Shown here in pieces: positions 19,305 to 30,600 of a DNA stretch of 64,000 nt; within the stretch, counting starts at the first letter, position 1; every line of letters begins with the position of its first letter. Position numbers and translations under genes: made by a program. Below the pieces are notes generated by a model. That model worked only from the letters and a program-made list of their open reading frames with translations, ran no database searches and was not told the DNA's origin. Origin of the DNA: an uncultured delta proteobacterium (GTDB lineage Bacteria > Desulfobacterota > Binatia > UBA9968); contig CAWJBB010000050.1 in NCBI GenBank assembly GCA_963840855.1, positions 32,001-96,000 of the forward strand, read 5' to 3'.

Positions 19305-20294
19305 TTAGAGTTCGGCCTCCAATACAACCTCACGCGGGTCTTTGTCTTGACGCAAGCCGACGAAAGCGGATTGCCGTAGATGGGCATCCGGCGTCCACTC
19401 GGCAAACTCGATTTGCGCTACCACCTCGGGCTTCACCCATGTGCAGTTTTTCATCTCTTCTTTCGTCAAAGCCCACTGCGTGCGCTTGCGTTCTGGCAGA
19501 TTGGCAAATGGACAGGTGGCGATTTCTAGGCCCCTCAGTTTGGCTGCTACCGCACGTCGGGTGTGCGGAACAAAGCCGTTTCGCACCTTGCCCGCGTACA
19601 ACAGTGTACCGTCTTGATAGTACCCGACGATGATGGAATCGATGGGATTGCCGGGAACGTATCCGCCGATTACGAGTTCTTGGCCTCGGTTGATGCGATA
19701 CTTGAGCCATGCACCGCTTCGCTTGCCGGATTCATAATACGAGTCCCTCCGCTTCGCGAGGATTCCCTCGAAGCCTAACTCTTTTGCGACGCGCACCAAC
19801 TCGGTAGGCGTGGCATCTATCGTTTCCGACAGGTTTAGGGGAGACGTTTTGGTACGGACTTTTTCAAATATTTCACCAAGGACCTTCCGCCGCTCTTTAA
19901 GAGGTACGTTCAATAGGCTCTTGCCCCGGCAGATGAGAACGTCGAAGGCGTAAAAGAGCAGTGCCTGTGCTTTTGAACGGTGGTGCTGAAGCAGATTGAA
20001 TGAGACCCGACCACTTTCATCGACGGCCACAACTTCGCCATCGAGAAGCGTATCGGCTGGGAGCCGTTCGCAGGCGCGGGCAATATGCGGGAACTGGGCG
20101 GTAAAGAGATTTCCTCGCCGTGACCAAAGCGTTACGCCATCGTTGCGTTTTCCAGCAAGGCATCGGTAGCCGTCCAGTTTTACCTCGTAGAGCCAGTCCT
20201 TGCCTTCGGGGAGGTTCTTGACGGCGAGCGCATACATGGGCTCGATGAAGCGGACTGCGCCGGGGACATCGCTTCTAGCCTTAGCTCTTCGCAT
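19305..20294 (-). CDS. ATP-dependent DNA ligase (LigD ligase domain / LigC-like), copy 1
   Basis: YEVKLDGYR, DGE, FDVL, EGILAKR, WLKYR; OB-fold WVKPEVVAQIEF. Confidence 0.93.
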   Translation of the reverse strand: MRRAKARSDVPGAVRFIEPMYALAVKNLPEGKDWLYEVKLDGYRCLAGKRNDGVTLWSRRGNLFTAQFPHIARACERLPADTLLDGEVVAVDESGRVSFNLLQHHRSKAQALLFYAFDVLICRGKSLLNVPLKERRKVLGEIFEKVRTKTSPLNLSETIDATPTELVRVAKELGFEGILAKRRDSYYESGKRSGAWLKYRINRGQELVIGGYVPGNPIDSIIVGYYQDGTLLYAGKVRNGFVPHTRRAVAAKLRGLEIATCPFANLPERKRTQWALTKEEMKNCTWVKPEVVAQIEFAEWTPDAHLRQSAFVGLRQDKDPREVVLEAEL

Positions 20295-20374
20295 GTGGAA
20301 CCTGGCAGGCTAAAGGCCCTTTGCCGACGGTGGTCCTAGTCTGCCTGACTGGCTATCAGTATGAGTCACGCATC

Positions 20375-21223
20375 TTAGTTGTTGTTGCCAGCATCCGTAC
20401 CACCGGTGTAAGGCACCTCAACCCCGCTCGTCAGATTGTCCCGAAACTTACCGCCTCCGCTCTCGAACTCAATCCCCGAAGCCATATTCGTGATACGGTT
20501 ATTTACGACCAAGACATCAGAGCCAGCAATGGTAATGCCCCGGGTACGTGGCGCGGTCGTTGGATTAATAACGCGATTGTTCTCTACCACGGCACTATTG
20601 CCATTCACGCGGATCGCGGACGCAAAATCAGTTCCAGTTCCGATTGTGAAGGTGTCAGATACGTCATTGTTGAGAAGCCTGCCACCGGAACCTAGAAAAG
20701 ATATGCCCGTACCCGCAGCACTAACCCCGACCGCCGCTGACCCACCGGTGAAAAAAACCGTGTTGTTCCGTATGATGCCGTTCTGGGCTTCGATACGGAT
20801 GCCCACAGATGTATTTCTCTCAGCTCGGATACTCTCTACAGTCGTTCCAAAACCGCTTATGTCAATCCCAACTAAGAAACCCCGCACCGTCCCGTTCCTG
20901 ATCGTAATGTTGTTAAGAAATGGCGCGTGGATACCTTTAGCCGTTGTTGCCACGTTTTGTGTTGTCGTTTGCCTTATTCCTTCAAGCGTAAACCCGTTCA
21001 GGTCTACTACCACATTTTCCACGTTAATGGTGATGGCGTTGAGAGTGGTGATCGCCATGCCCAAGTCGCGTTGGAGACAATACGTGCCCGGTACGGCGAT
21101 CGTCACGGGCAAAGAGATAATTTCGGTACAGTTTTCAGTCTGTGCTGAGGCAGTCGTCGCGCCAACTGCTACAAGCAAGGAACCACACAGAAAAGCCGCA
21201 GCTAATCGTCCTAAACTCTTCAT
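20375..21223 (-). CDS. Secreted right-handed beta-helix protein, copy 1
   Basis: Signal peptide, PGTYCL, DLNGFTL, IRNGTVRGF, Asn-ladder repeats; GGAGG RBS. Confidence 0.85.
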   Translation of the reverse strand: MKSLGRLAAAFLCGSLLVAVGATTASAQTENCTEIISLPVTIAVPGTYCLQRDLGMAITTLNAITINVENVVVDLNGFTLEGIRQTTTQNVATTAKGIHAPFLNNITIRNGTVRGFLVGIDISGFGTTVESIRAERNTSVGIRIEAQNGIIRNNTVFFTGGSAAVGVSAAGTGISFLGSGGRLLNNDVSDTFTIGTGTDFASAIRVNGNSAVVENNRVINPTTAPRTRGITIAGSDVLVVNNRITNMASGIEFESGGGKFRDNLTSGVEVPYTGGTDAGNNN

Positions 21224-21528
21224 AGCGAACCTCCTTTAGACCAGAATGGTGAGGAGACTAACTATCGTCGTAGCGGCTGTCAATGAGAAAAGACTTCCGA
21301 TGGGACGGGTGGCGTATGACAAGCGAGCAGCAATCCAGTTTCACTCGCAGCGGCGGTCGTACATTGCGTAATGCTGGCAGAATCGCAGGTACTCAACCCG
21401 GCTGGAGAATTGGGACTGCTCGTAGACCAGGCGCGGGCGGGATTCGTCGCTCAGCGGGCGAAAATAGCGGCGCAGAGAGCTACCACAAGAACAATCAATA
21501 TAATAATCGCCATAAAATTTTCTTTTCA

Positions 21529-22466
21529 TCAAGCGGAGTGAATCAAATGAAGAACAAGATAAGAATCAAATGAAGAACAAGATAAGAACCCAGAGCCGAA
21601 TAGACTATCGCTACGAAGGTCAAGCCCCGAAGCGGCACCATCGGTCGGTAACGACCAATCGAATGGCGTGACAACGTCGCCGCTCCGCGTGCAGATCACC
21701 GCGACGTGCTCGCCGGACTGCCGGTCGATGCTGTCCACTAGCCCCACCGCATTGGCCGCGAATGCACGGGCAAGCGTTTTGAAGTTCGGTAGGTGGCTTG
21801 CACTATCGTTTTTCTTTTCATTCGTCCTCCTTTCATAATTCAACTCTCTTTTTTTTCGGAGCCGCGGCGGCGGACACGTCGCCGATCTCGTTGTGCGCGT
21901 TCAGGACGCTGAACACGGTTATCCTCTTCTCATAGGCGAGGCTGCTGGTCCGTATCTCCTTCTTCGGAGACCAGCCCAACTTTGTGGCCATGCGGTTTAT
22001 GCAGGGGTTGGAACAATAGCCGCGCCAATCAGCCTTGTTTTTCGGATCATACGGCTTGTGGCACGACCGGCATCGAAGCAGTAATGCGCTCATTGCTGCA
22101 CCATGAAATCCTGGTTCGCCAGTTCCAACTCGTCGCGCAGCACCGATAATTGAAGAAATAGGTTGAGGCTCAAAAGCTCTCGAAGAGTCATCACGTCGCC
22201 CTCGCTGGTTGCGAAACGGACGTGGTGTCGAGTCGTTGAGAGATGGACCCCGGTACGATTATCTTTTTTGCTTGAAAGTATGCCGCCATCAGGGCAACGA
22301 AGGTGCAAATCCCGATGACCGTCAATCCAAGATGAACGATGCCCCGAAGCGGTGCCTCGCCGCTCAATTCTTTGCGCAGCGAGATGAGCAGGACGAAAAG
22401 TAGTGCTAAAAGCGCAATAGCGATTGTGGTGTGACTGATGGCCTTGAGTGCGAGTTCCGGTTGCAT
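21529..22466 (-). other. Cluster of small overlapping phage-like ORFs (including CRSC...YCSNPC zinc-finger ORF 21833-22093), copy 1
   Basis: Translationally coupled short ORFs; nearly identical to 43520-44465. Confidence 0.55.
21540..21585. repeat. 23-bp tandem duplication GAATCAAATGAAGAACAAGATAA x2
   Basis: Only a single diverged unit is present in the paralogous region at ~43465. Confidence 0.85.
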
Positions 22467-23358
22467 CGAGTTTGGCTCTCAGTGAAAGGTGCTTGACCCT
22501 CGTCCTAATGCCATAAGGAAAAGCACCGCTCTTTTCTGCTTTTCCTCAAGTGACAAGCGTTCTGCTGTGCGGTCTCCATGTCTAGGGACTAATGCCGCGC
22601 CGTCGTCGCTGAAAATCCAATAGCGTAGCCACGCTTGACGAAGAGAGTATTTTTTGCCTTTGCAGGGCTTGAAAGAAGATGCGCCACGGGAGCAATGTTG
22701 TCGGCATCGAGGAAGTCCCCCGATGACACATAAAGCCAATGGCGTGCCGTGCCGATTTGACGTGTATTGGCGAATTGTGTTCGCAAAAACACACCTTTGC
22801 CGCGTGCTTAAGGGGAGGTCACTTCGGGCGCGAATTAACGAACGGGTGTTTTGGCCCTGTCAGAACTGACCGCAAAGGTGCCACCCCTGCTCGCAAATTG
22901 CGTCGAATTTTTATGGCTTACACGCAGGCGAGGGCAATACTGAAAGAGTTAAGGAAATTGCAAAAGAGGGCTAGAGAGAAACTGAAGTAGAAATCTTCGG
23001 CCCGGCCAGCGTTGGCGTGCGCTGTATTGCCGGGCCATTGAAAGGGGGCCAGCTGTGAGTCCAGCCGCACCTTTCGGGGCGCTTTATAGCACGTTCCCCA
23101 CCTTTGCGAAATAGGGTTGGTCTAAGCCTCACGTTGGCCCAAAACCCCGAGTGAATTGGATCAACCTATACCATTTTCCGCAGGCCACTATTATTTCTTG
23201 ACTCCCCATTCCCACCAGTGTTATTGCCTCTCTTACAACCTAGTTAGCCCTCGTCTTCTGGATAGACTTTCCTACTTAGTGCGGCCTCTACACTTTGATG
23301 GGCTTACACCGGGTCATTGTTAAGCCGTCTTCAAATAATTGTTGAGGGAGGGTTTTAT

Positions 23359-24522
23359 ATGTTTAGCCATTCTACCAACACGGCTTCGTTTTTCTCCGTC
23401 CTTATGGCTGCGCTCATTTTCTCGCTGTCTCTGGCGGGGGTTGCTTGGGCGCAGGGCAACACCAGTTTTGGGACAGGCGCGCTTCAGAGTAACACTACAG
23501 GGAGCTTTAACACCGCCATCGGACTGAACGCGCTCTTTAGCAACTCTATTGGCAACTTCAACACTGCCAGCGGAGGCCAGGCACTCGTTAGCAACACCGA
23601 GGGTATCCAGAACACCGCCAGTGGAGTCAATGCGCTTTTTAGTAACACTAGCGGCAGCTTCAACACTGCCAGCGGCGTCAGTGCGCTCGTTTTCAATACC
23701 ACGGGCGAGCAGAACACCGCCAGCGGCGTCAATGCGCTCTTTAGTAACACCACGGGCAACCTCAACACCGCCAGCGGATTCCAGGCGCTCTCTAGCAACA
23801 CCGACGGCAGCCTCAACACCGCCAGCGGAGTCAATGCGCTCATTAACAACACCACGGGCAACTTCAACACCGCCAGCGGAGTCAATGCGCTCATTAACAA
23901 CACCACGGGCGCCGTCAACACCGCCATCGGAGTCGCTGCGCTCTTTAGCAATACCGAGGGCGGCGGCAACACCGCTATCGGATTCAACGCCAATGTGTCT
24001 ACTGGGAATCTGACTAACGCTACGGCTATCGGCACTGGAGCCACCGTCAATGCTAGCAATAAGATCCGCCTGGGAAGTACTTTTGTCACGGTGATCGAAG
24101 GGGAGGTGGCATTTACTTTCTCTTCGGACAAGACCCAGAAGGAAAACTTCCAGCCGGTCGATGGAGAAGAAGTGCTGGGGAAGATTCGGGGCTTGGAGCT
24201 ATCGAGCTGGAACTTAATTGGCCACGATCCTAAGAAGTTTCGCCACTATGGCCCGATGGCGCAGGACTTCTATGCAGCCTTCGGCCACGACGGATTAGGA
24301 CAGATCGGCTCGGAGACGACGATCAACTCGGGCGACCTGGCGGGGATTCTTATGATCGCCGTGCAGGCGCTGGAGAAGCGCACGGCGGAGCTAAAACAGA
24401 AGGAGGCGCAGATGGCTGTGCTGGAATCGCGGTTGGAGGCACTAGAGTTGCGAAATAATCACTCTATCCAGATAACAGCCGGGAAAAACCTCGGCGACAA
24501 GATGGTCGACGTTATGCCGTAA
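23359..24522 (+). CDS. Secreted 17-aa-repeat protein with C-terminal peptidase S74 intramolecular chaperone (tail-fibre-like), copy 1
   Basis: About 10 NTASGxxALFSNTTG repeats; SDKTQKEN, HYGPMAQDF, coiled-coil tail. Confidence 0.85.
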   Translation: MFSHSTNTASFFSVLMAALIFSLSLAGVAWAQGNTSFGTGALQSNTTGSFNTAIGLNALFSNSIGNFNTASGGQALVSNTEGIQNTASGVNALFSNTSGSFNTASGVSALVFNTTGEQNTASGVNALFSNTTGNLNTASGFQALSSNTDGSLNTASGVNALINNTTGNFNTASGVNALINNTTGAVNTAIGVAALFSNTEGGGNTAIGFNANVSTGNLTNATAIGTGATVNASNKIRLGSTFVTVIEGEVAFTFSSDKTQKENFQPVDGEEVLGKIRGLELSSWNLIGHDPKKFRHYGPMAQDFYAAFGHDGLGQIGSETTINSGDLAGILMIAVQALEKRTAELKQKEAQMAVLESRLEALELRNNHSIQITAGKNLGDKMVDVMP

Positions 24523-24609
24523 GTGAATAATAAGGGTGAAAAAATCTTCCTGGAGGTTTTTGAACTTTACGGACAGAATGTATTCCTCGAGTGGGAAGGC
24601 CAGAATCAG

Positions 24610-24653
24610 CCTGAGATTGAACTGAACGACGCAACGGATAAATCTCACAGGAT
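24610..24653. repeat. 70-bp dyad element: left arm plus centre
   Basis: CCTGAGATTGAACTGAACGACGCAACGGATAAATCTCACAGGAT. Confidence 0.85.
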
Positions 24654-24688
24654 GCAGTCAACGGAGAGCGGTTGGTTCCGCGCCACCT

Positions 24689-25000
24689 TTAACGCTCGGC
24701 CTCCCGTACAACCTCACGTGGGTTTTTGTCTTCTCGCAGGCCGACGAAAGCTGATTGCCGTAGATGCGCGTCCGGTGTCCACTCGGCAAACTCGATCTGC
24801 GCCACTACTTCGGGCTTCACCCATGTGCAGTTTTTCATCTCTTCCTTCGTTAAAGCCCACTGGGTGCGCTTGCGCTCTGGCAGATTCGCAAATGGACAGG
24901 TGGCGATTTCTAGGCCCCTGAGCTTGGCTGCTACCGCACGGCGGGTGTGGGGAACAAAGCCGTTTCGCACCTTGCCCGCATACAACAGTGTGCCGTCCTC
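24689..25000 (-). pseudogene. ATP-dependent ligase C-terminal (OB-fold) fragment, copy 3
   Basis: DGTLLYAGKVRNGF...EVVREAER is near-identical to copies 1 and 2; catalytic domain missing. Confidence 0.9.
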
Positions 25001-25568
25001 CAAGAACACGTAAGCGAGCGTACTAGCAGTTACGGCGGACCGTTTGATTGACAATCAATCGCGCTTTTTCGCCCGCAAACTAGTCGATCATTACCTGTAT
25101 TTTCAAGCACGGCTGAAAGGCAGGCCCGAAGACCTTGATGACATTGCTCGCTTTGCTGACGAATGCCGAGACCTCATAGAGCGGCATCTGCCGAGGTGGC
25201 ATTGCTTGACAGCGTTTTCCAAAAGGGGAATAAGGGAAACTGATAGGAAAAAAGGCAATAAGGGCGGAGGGCGCGAGGCGTCAAAGGCTAGATGAGGGCC
25301 CTCGGAGTTTGGCGTGCCTTCCGGTTCTTAACAAAAAGTTAACTTGATCTACCTCGCTCAATAACACTATCGCTGTAAAGAAGCTTACTCACGCTAAAAG
25401 GAGCAGACTATGCCGACGCACAGTCCCCACTCCGTCCGCGGCGGGAAGTGCCGCGGACCTCCAGCGCAGACAGAACGCAATGGTCCTTTGAGACTTTCTT
25501 CAGTCACCGAAGGGTGCGGTGCGCGTACAACCCCCAACTGCGTTCACGATTAAGAGAACAGAGAGGAG

Positions 25569-26567
25569 ATGCAAATCATGAACATGCACGCGCGTTATGA
25601 GCTATCACCATCTCAACAGAAGTCACATGATTCAGCGCCGCCCCAATGGCAGGAGCGGAAACTGAATTTTGTTGAACCCGAGCGGATCAAGCATGGAGGA
25701 CTGCAGCGATGGGGCACCAGCAGGCAGATAGCAGTGTTCTTCGTCATGATCACAGTCGCTGTTTTACTCGCAGTGAGTTCATCCTCAAGTTTCGGACAAG
25801 AATGCGGGGATAGCAGCGAGTGTGGCACGAATATCAACCCGGCCATCTGCGACCCGCTAACCCACCAATGCATGGCCGTAGAATGCATTGCCGAGTTTAA
25901 TTGCGCGACGCAACCAGCAGTTTGCGAAAACAACATGTGTCGGCAAGTCGAGTGCACGATCTCCAAGCGTGACTGCGGGTCTACTCAAGTGTGCAGGGGC
26001 AATAAGTGCGGGATTGCTTGCCAGATCAATAGCGACTGCACGCGCCAGCTCGGATTCGGAGTCTGTGGAACCGAAGGCATATGCGTTGAAGAACCCGCGG
26101 CGCGAGTGTTCGATCCGATACCTGTATCTTTTGCTAGGCCTGTATTTGGTACAGGGCTGGTAACAGATTTAGCGCAAGCTATAGCATTCGAACGCAAACT
26201 CATAACGCTACCAATCGCTTTCGAAGCGGGAGATATTGCCAAAATTTCCTCATCGGCTAATGGGGCAGGCGCGTTAGTAATTGACAATTTCTTGAGCATT
26301 AACAACACGAGCGGGATGGATTGCAAGGGCAGCAATGCCTGCGAAGGCGTAGGAGGGCGAGATAACAGCTGCTTCGGCGACTTCCTTATTCCTAATCCTG
26401 AAGACGGCGTTGGCTTGGACATTGCCACTGTCCTTACGCCGATCCCGCCCATTGACGTGAGCAAGTTTATTGGCGCTGGATCTCAGTCAGTCCTGTTTGA
26501 ATTGTGCGACTTTGGAGCCATTGCTGGTAACACCGACCTGTGGCTGATTATTACACCACATCAATGA
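25569..26567 (+). CDS. Secreted cysteine-rich repeat protein
   Basis: Hydrophobic signal/TM segment, four CxxxxxC...C...C units, then a beta-rich domain. True start may be downstream. Confidence 0.7.
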   Translation: MQIMNMHARYELSPSQQKSHDSAPPQWQERKLNFVEPERIKHGGLQRWGTSRQIAVFFVMITVAVLLAVSSSSSFGQECGDSSECGTNINPAICDPLTHQCMAVECIAEFNCATQPAVCENNMCRQVECTISKRDCGSTQVCRGNKCGIACQINSDCTRQLGFGVCGTEGICVEEPAARVFDPIPVSFARPVFGTGLVTDLAQAIAFERKLITLPIAFEAGDIAKISSSANGAGALVIDNFLSINNTSGMDCKGSNACEGVGGRDNSCFGDFLIPNPEDGVGLDIATVLTPIPPIDVSKFIGAGSQSVLFELCDFGAIAGNTDLWLIITPHQ

Positions 26568-26849
26568 ATCTTTGAACTTGAAGATAGAGACGACCCGAGC
26601 AGAATCAGATCAAGGCCTGGGATCTGGTGAAGGCCATGTGAATGAGTAGGCTTACGCCTAACTACAACCAGTCTATGGTTCTGCTCGGTGTCCCTCTTCA
26701 ACCTTTTCCGCAGCATAGTGCGATGCAATCCTGACAAAGCAAGGCCGATGTTGACGATCTGCTCCCAGCAAGGGTCGGGACTGGATTGGGGTGATTATTT
26801 GCCGGATTACATCCTCGACAGTGTTTAATTGTCTTTTTGGCGAGGTCAC

Positions 26850-27638
26850 ATGAGATTTACGGTTAGTATTTGGATGATAGTACTTGCACTCGTTGGTACG
26901 CCTCTCGTATGGCCTGGCGAAGGTCAGGCCGGAGTGGAGGAGGAACTCGGCGAATTGCGCAAAGAGCTGGCTGAAATCAAGAAGGAGCTAGCGGAGATCA
27001 AAAAACTAGTTTCAGGCGCTTTCAAGCCTCAAATTGCACCGAAGGCAACTGCCATGGTCAGCATCTCGGGAAAACCAAGCCTCGGACGCCAAGAAGCTCC
27101 AGTGACGCTGGTTGAGTTTTCGGACTACCAATGTCCGTTCTGCAGACATCATTTCTTGACCGTATTTCCGATTCTCAAGAAGGAGTACATAGAAACGGGC
27201 AAGCTTCGCTATGTATTCCGCGACTTTCCCCTCGACAGTATCCATCCCCAGGCGCAGAAAGCCCATGAAGCAGCCCGCTGCGCAGGGGAGCAGAGCAAGT
27301 ACTGGGATATGCATGATACGCTTTTTGAGAACTCGAAAGATCTCTCTCTATTAGCGCTGAAAGGGTACGCTACAAAGATCGGGCTGAACGGGGATCAATT
27401 TAATGCTTGCTTGGAAAGCAGCAAATACACCGCCGAAATAAATAGGGAACAGGCAGAAGGTGTTCAGTCAGGAGTGACCGGGACCCCAGCATTTTTCATT
27501 GGTCCAAGCGGGTCGGGAGAGAATATCACCGGTACTATGGTCAGCGGAGCGCAGCCATTAGCCAGGTTTAAGCAGATCATCGACGATTTATTAAAAGTCG
27601 CCAGTCAAACTGGCACAGCTAAGCCAACGAAGGAGTAA
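26850..27638 (+). CDS. DsbA/thioredoxin-fold disulfide oxidoreductase
   Basis: EFSDYQCPFC, RDFPL, GVTGTP, GAQP; N-terminal coiled coil. Confidence 0.93.
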   Translation: MRFTVSIWMIVLALVGTPLVWPGEGQAGVEEELGELRKELAEIKKELAEIKKLVSGAFKPQIAPKATAMVSISGKPSLGRQEAPVTLVEFSDYQCPFCRHHFLTVFPILKKEYIETGKLRYVFRDFPLDSIHPQAQKAHEAARCAGEQSKYWDMHDTLFENSKDLSLLALKGYATKIGLNGDQFNACLESSKYTAEINREQAEGVQSGVTGTPAFFIGPSGSGENITGTMVSGAQPLARFKQIIDDLLKVASQTGTAKPTKE

Positions 27639-27705
27639 GGAAGAAGGAAATTTTCGCAGCGAGCGCATCTCAGAGACGCACCTGTCATGGACCAGGGCGC
27701 AGCGT

Positions 27706-27952
27706 AACGATCATTCCCGATTCCGACGTATTCAATCGCCCGGACTTGCTTCGCGCCGTCTATGCTCTAGGCCGGGAACTGAGGGCGCTGGGGGCTGGTG
27801 TGAGCGTGGCTTGCATTGAGCAAACCGGGCCTGAGAAAGTCGGGCTGGATGATTTCTTAGTGGCGGGTGGGAGTGTTGCCGATTTGGAATTAGTCTCACT
27901 TGGGGGCAAAGGCTTTCGCTCGGCGGCGTTTTGTATCGCCGATGGAAGATGA
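27706..27952 (+). pseudogene. DUF3854/Toprim-like primase fragment
   Basis: TIIPDSDV...AVYALGREL...KVGLDDFL; no start and no helicase region. Confidence 0.55.
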
Positions 27953-28056
27953 AAGCGGCGCTGGCGGCGTAGTAAGAGCGGCGCGTGACAAAACGCAAAG
28001 GAATGAGATCCTGTGCGGAGGCTTAATGTACTGTAATTACAACTAAAGTTTCAGCC

Positions 28057-28075
28057 TGTGCCCGAATTGTGCCCG
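28057..28075. other. Integrase arm-type direct repeat TGTGCCCG x2
   Basis: 11-bp period, preceded by an AT-rich tract, same layout as 16335-16387. Confidence 0.45.
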
Positions 28076-28781
28076 GAACGCGAACCGCGAACCCGCTTGG
28101 TGGCGAGTTGTTATCAGTTGTGATGCCGACCAGGAAGACGCTCGATCTGTAGTTCCGTGCGCGTGTAACGAAGATTGGCGCTGGAGTCACCCAATGCAGA
28201 AAAATTTCCCGCCGGCAGATTTTCCGTTTCCGCTTGCAGAATAACGCCCTCTGTCTGCGAAAATTCTTGCCGCCCGCGAAAATCTCCAAAGAGAAATCGT
28301 CCAAAGATGTAACAAATTGCTATTCTATTTATAAAGCTGGAGCCACCGTCCCCCGCCTGCTCGTCGCCGTTAGCGATACGCATCGTCGTTGCGGTAACGA
28401 GAACAGGCCCAATGATTCTCTACCGCTCTCCCCACCCATAAAATGGAATCACGCCGGTCAGCCCCCTTGATCAAACGGTCCGTCCTGACGGCGCCCGGTT
28501 CAAAGCTTTTCTTCATCCCTTCCCGTCAATTGCCCGTGTGGGCCAGTAACAGATTTCCACAGGGGCGACCGCCGAAACGCAGTTAATGTGACCTCTTGAA
28601 TGCCATTCAAAATCCGATCGTGACTAGCTACTTTCCGGTGCAAAAATCAGTTTTCAAACTTTGGCGATTGCCGTACATTTTGCGAGGATCGCCGGAGCGC
28701 CGGAGCGCCGGGCGCTTATCCTTTCACCCGGCGCCCTGCTTTTGACTTCATGCCATTGGGTACACTATGCATGATGTTCGC

Positions 28782-28922
28782 ATGGCTAAGAAAGCAAAAA
28801 AGAAAAAGGGGCAAACGAAGCGAACAATAATCAGAACAGACGAGGATTTTCAGAAAGCGCTAGACATTGTGGAACGTGCAGTAATGAAACCGCGGGTTTC
28901 ACCAAAGCGAAAGAAAAAATAG
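28782..28922 (+). CDS. Small basic protein or relic (MAKKAKKKKGQTKRTIIRTDEDF...)
   Basis: 46-aa ORF read by eye; ribbon-helix-helix-like start. Confidence 0.3.
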   Translation: MAKKAKKKKGQTKRTIIRTDEDFQKALDIVERAVMKPRVSPKRKKK

Positions 28923-29473
28923 CTGGCCGGGAATCTCGTGCGTCCAACTTTTTACCCTGTCCAATAAGTCCGCATGCAGCCAATCGCCAAAATGACGGTT
29001 ATCAGCAAAGCGAACGCAACGTACTCAAAGCCGTATTGTGCGAGGTAATAGCCTTCGACCCAAGCGGCCACGCCCGCAACTAATCCTCTTCGGTGTGCCA
29101 CCAGAGGGCTTCCTTCATTGACAAAGTAGCGCTGGACCATCGCGCTTCACTCTAGGAACGCCGATTTAGCGATAAGTCGGCGTTTCTTTTTGTCTTTTTC
29201 TCTTTCGCTTATTTCGCAGGTCGCGCAGGTTGACCTGATTTGATTGTTCAAAATGTTAAAATGCTTGTCAAAACGGCAAGCGCCCAAACCTGGGGGCATC
29301 TTTCTCGTTTGAAAAGTGGAGCCTTAATTAGCGGGCGCGGAGTTCGAGTTCCCTCAGCCGTCAGCAGGTCCGAAATGACCCGCTGACAATCGTTGATCGT
29401 CATTTTTGTCGTTGACCACGCGCTATGTCTGGAGGTATAGCTGCGACCATCTCCCCCATTTTCGGAGGTGTCG

Positions 29474-29827
29474 ATGGACCTCAAAGAATTCGTATCTGAA
29501 ACGCTTAGTCAACTTGTCGATGGCGTGATGGAGGCGCAGGCCCGCACAAAGGACAAAAAAGCGATGATAAACCCCCGGCTACTCGCGGACTCGACCACGG
29601 GAAAGATTGGTTTATTCCACACAAACTCTGGCACCGGCGCACCAGCGCAGATGGTTTCTTTTGACGTTGCTCTTACAGCCATGGAAGGCACCGGCACAAA
29701 GGGAGGCATCGGTGTGGTAGCAGGCATTCTTACTCTTGGGAGTACCGGCCAATCAAAAGAAGAAAGTTCATCTATAAGCCGTGTGAAGTTTTCGGTGCCA
29801 GTGTCACTTCCTGAATATCTCGACTAG
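29474..29827 (+). CDS. Trypco2-like domain protein
   Basis: MDLKEFVSETL..., VSFDVALT, GGIGV, SRVKFSVPV; GGAGG RBS. Confidence 0.65.
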   Translation: MDLKEFVSETLSQLVDGVMEAQARTKDKKAMINPRLLADSTTGKIGLFHTNSGTGAPAQMVSFDVALTAMEGTGTKGGIGVVAGILTLGSTGQSKEESSSISRVKFSVPVSLPEYLD

Positions 29828-29859
29828 CACCGCGATGACCCAAAGGAGGATTGCCATAT

Positions 29860-30099
29860 ATGAAACGTCTTGCTGTGCCGTTACTTTGCGCATGGGCACT
29901 TTTAGAACCGCCCCATAAGAACCTCGCGCCGATTCTCGATGCGCCATTTAAACAGTGGAAGATTGCCAGCTACTACCGCGACAAGATCAGTATCCCGTAT
30001 TATTTCGACACCCTGAAAGAGTGTGAGGATCGGCGAAAAGGACTCCCATTCGGCAGTGAGAAGGTATGCCTGCCAGTCAACCCGGTGCATCTCAATTAA
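29860..30099 (+). CDS. Small exported hypothetical protein
   Basis: AGGAGG RBS; W.LL.PP...FDTLKECE motif shared with the next gene. Confidence 0.55.
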   Translation: MKRLAVPLLCAWALLEPPHKNLAPILDAPFKQWKIASYYRDKISIPYYFDTLKECEDRRKGLPFGSEKVCLPVNPVHLN

Positions 30100-30249
30100 A
30101 CTCCGACAACGGAACGGCATGACGACCCACCCGGCGACCGTACTCGACCAAGAATTCCCACAGCATGTTTTGTCCAGCTTCGCCCGCGAAACCCGGCAAA
30201 GGTACCAGCATCAGCATTATTATACTCGCCGCAAGGGAAGGGGCTTGTC

Positions 30250-30600
30250 ATGATTTTTTTATTCGGCTTTTTACTCGCGGGCATTTTGGTTTCCGGCATA
30301 GCCCAGGCCAGCCAAGGCTGGTATTTGCTCTTGCCCCCAGACAACAATCCTACTGCCGGGGTCAGTAAAAGATGGGAGCAGATGGGAGCATACGATACGG
30401 CTAAGGAATGTCAGAATGCATTAGCCGAGCGCCAAGCACGAACGCCAGAAGAAGAAAAGGAGCTTGAAGACTACGTTTACAAGAAGCTCACGGGGCAACT
30501 AACCGCCCAGGATGAAGCGCGGGCTAAATTACGTGGGCATATTCGTCTCCTTTGGTCATATGCTGTCTGCGTTGCCTCCGATGATCCTAGGCTTAAATGA
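30250..30600 (+). CDS. Secreted hypothetical protein (GWYLLLPP...YDTAKEC...CVASDDPRLK)
   Basis: Signal peptide; stop overlaps the next start. Confidence 0.7.
   Translation: MIFLFGFLLAGILVSGIAQASQGWYLLLPPDNNPTAGVSKRWEQMGAYDTAKECQNALAERQARTPEEEKELEDYVYKKLTGQLTAQDEARAKLRGHIRLLWSYAVCVASDDPRLK

Noticed and set aside
23480-24000. AAC-rich 51-bp repeats as a CRISPR array or DGR template (also 46000-46770)
   Set aside because: They are in-frame coding repeats of a 17-aa motif, with no unique spacers and no similarity to the FGE variable region.
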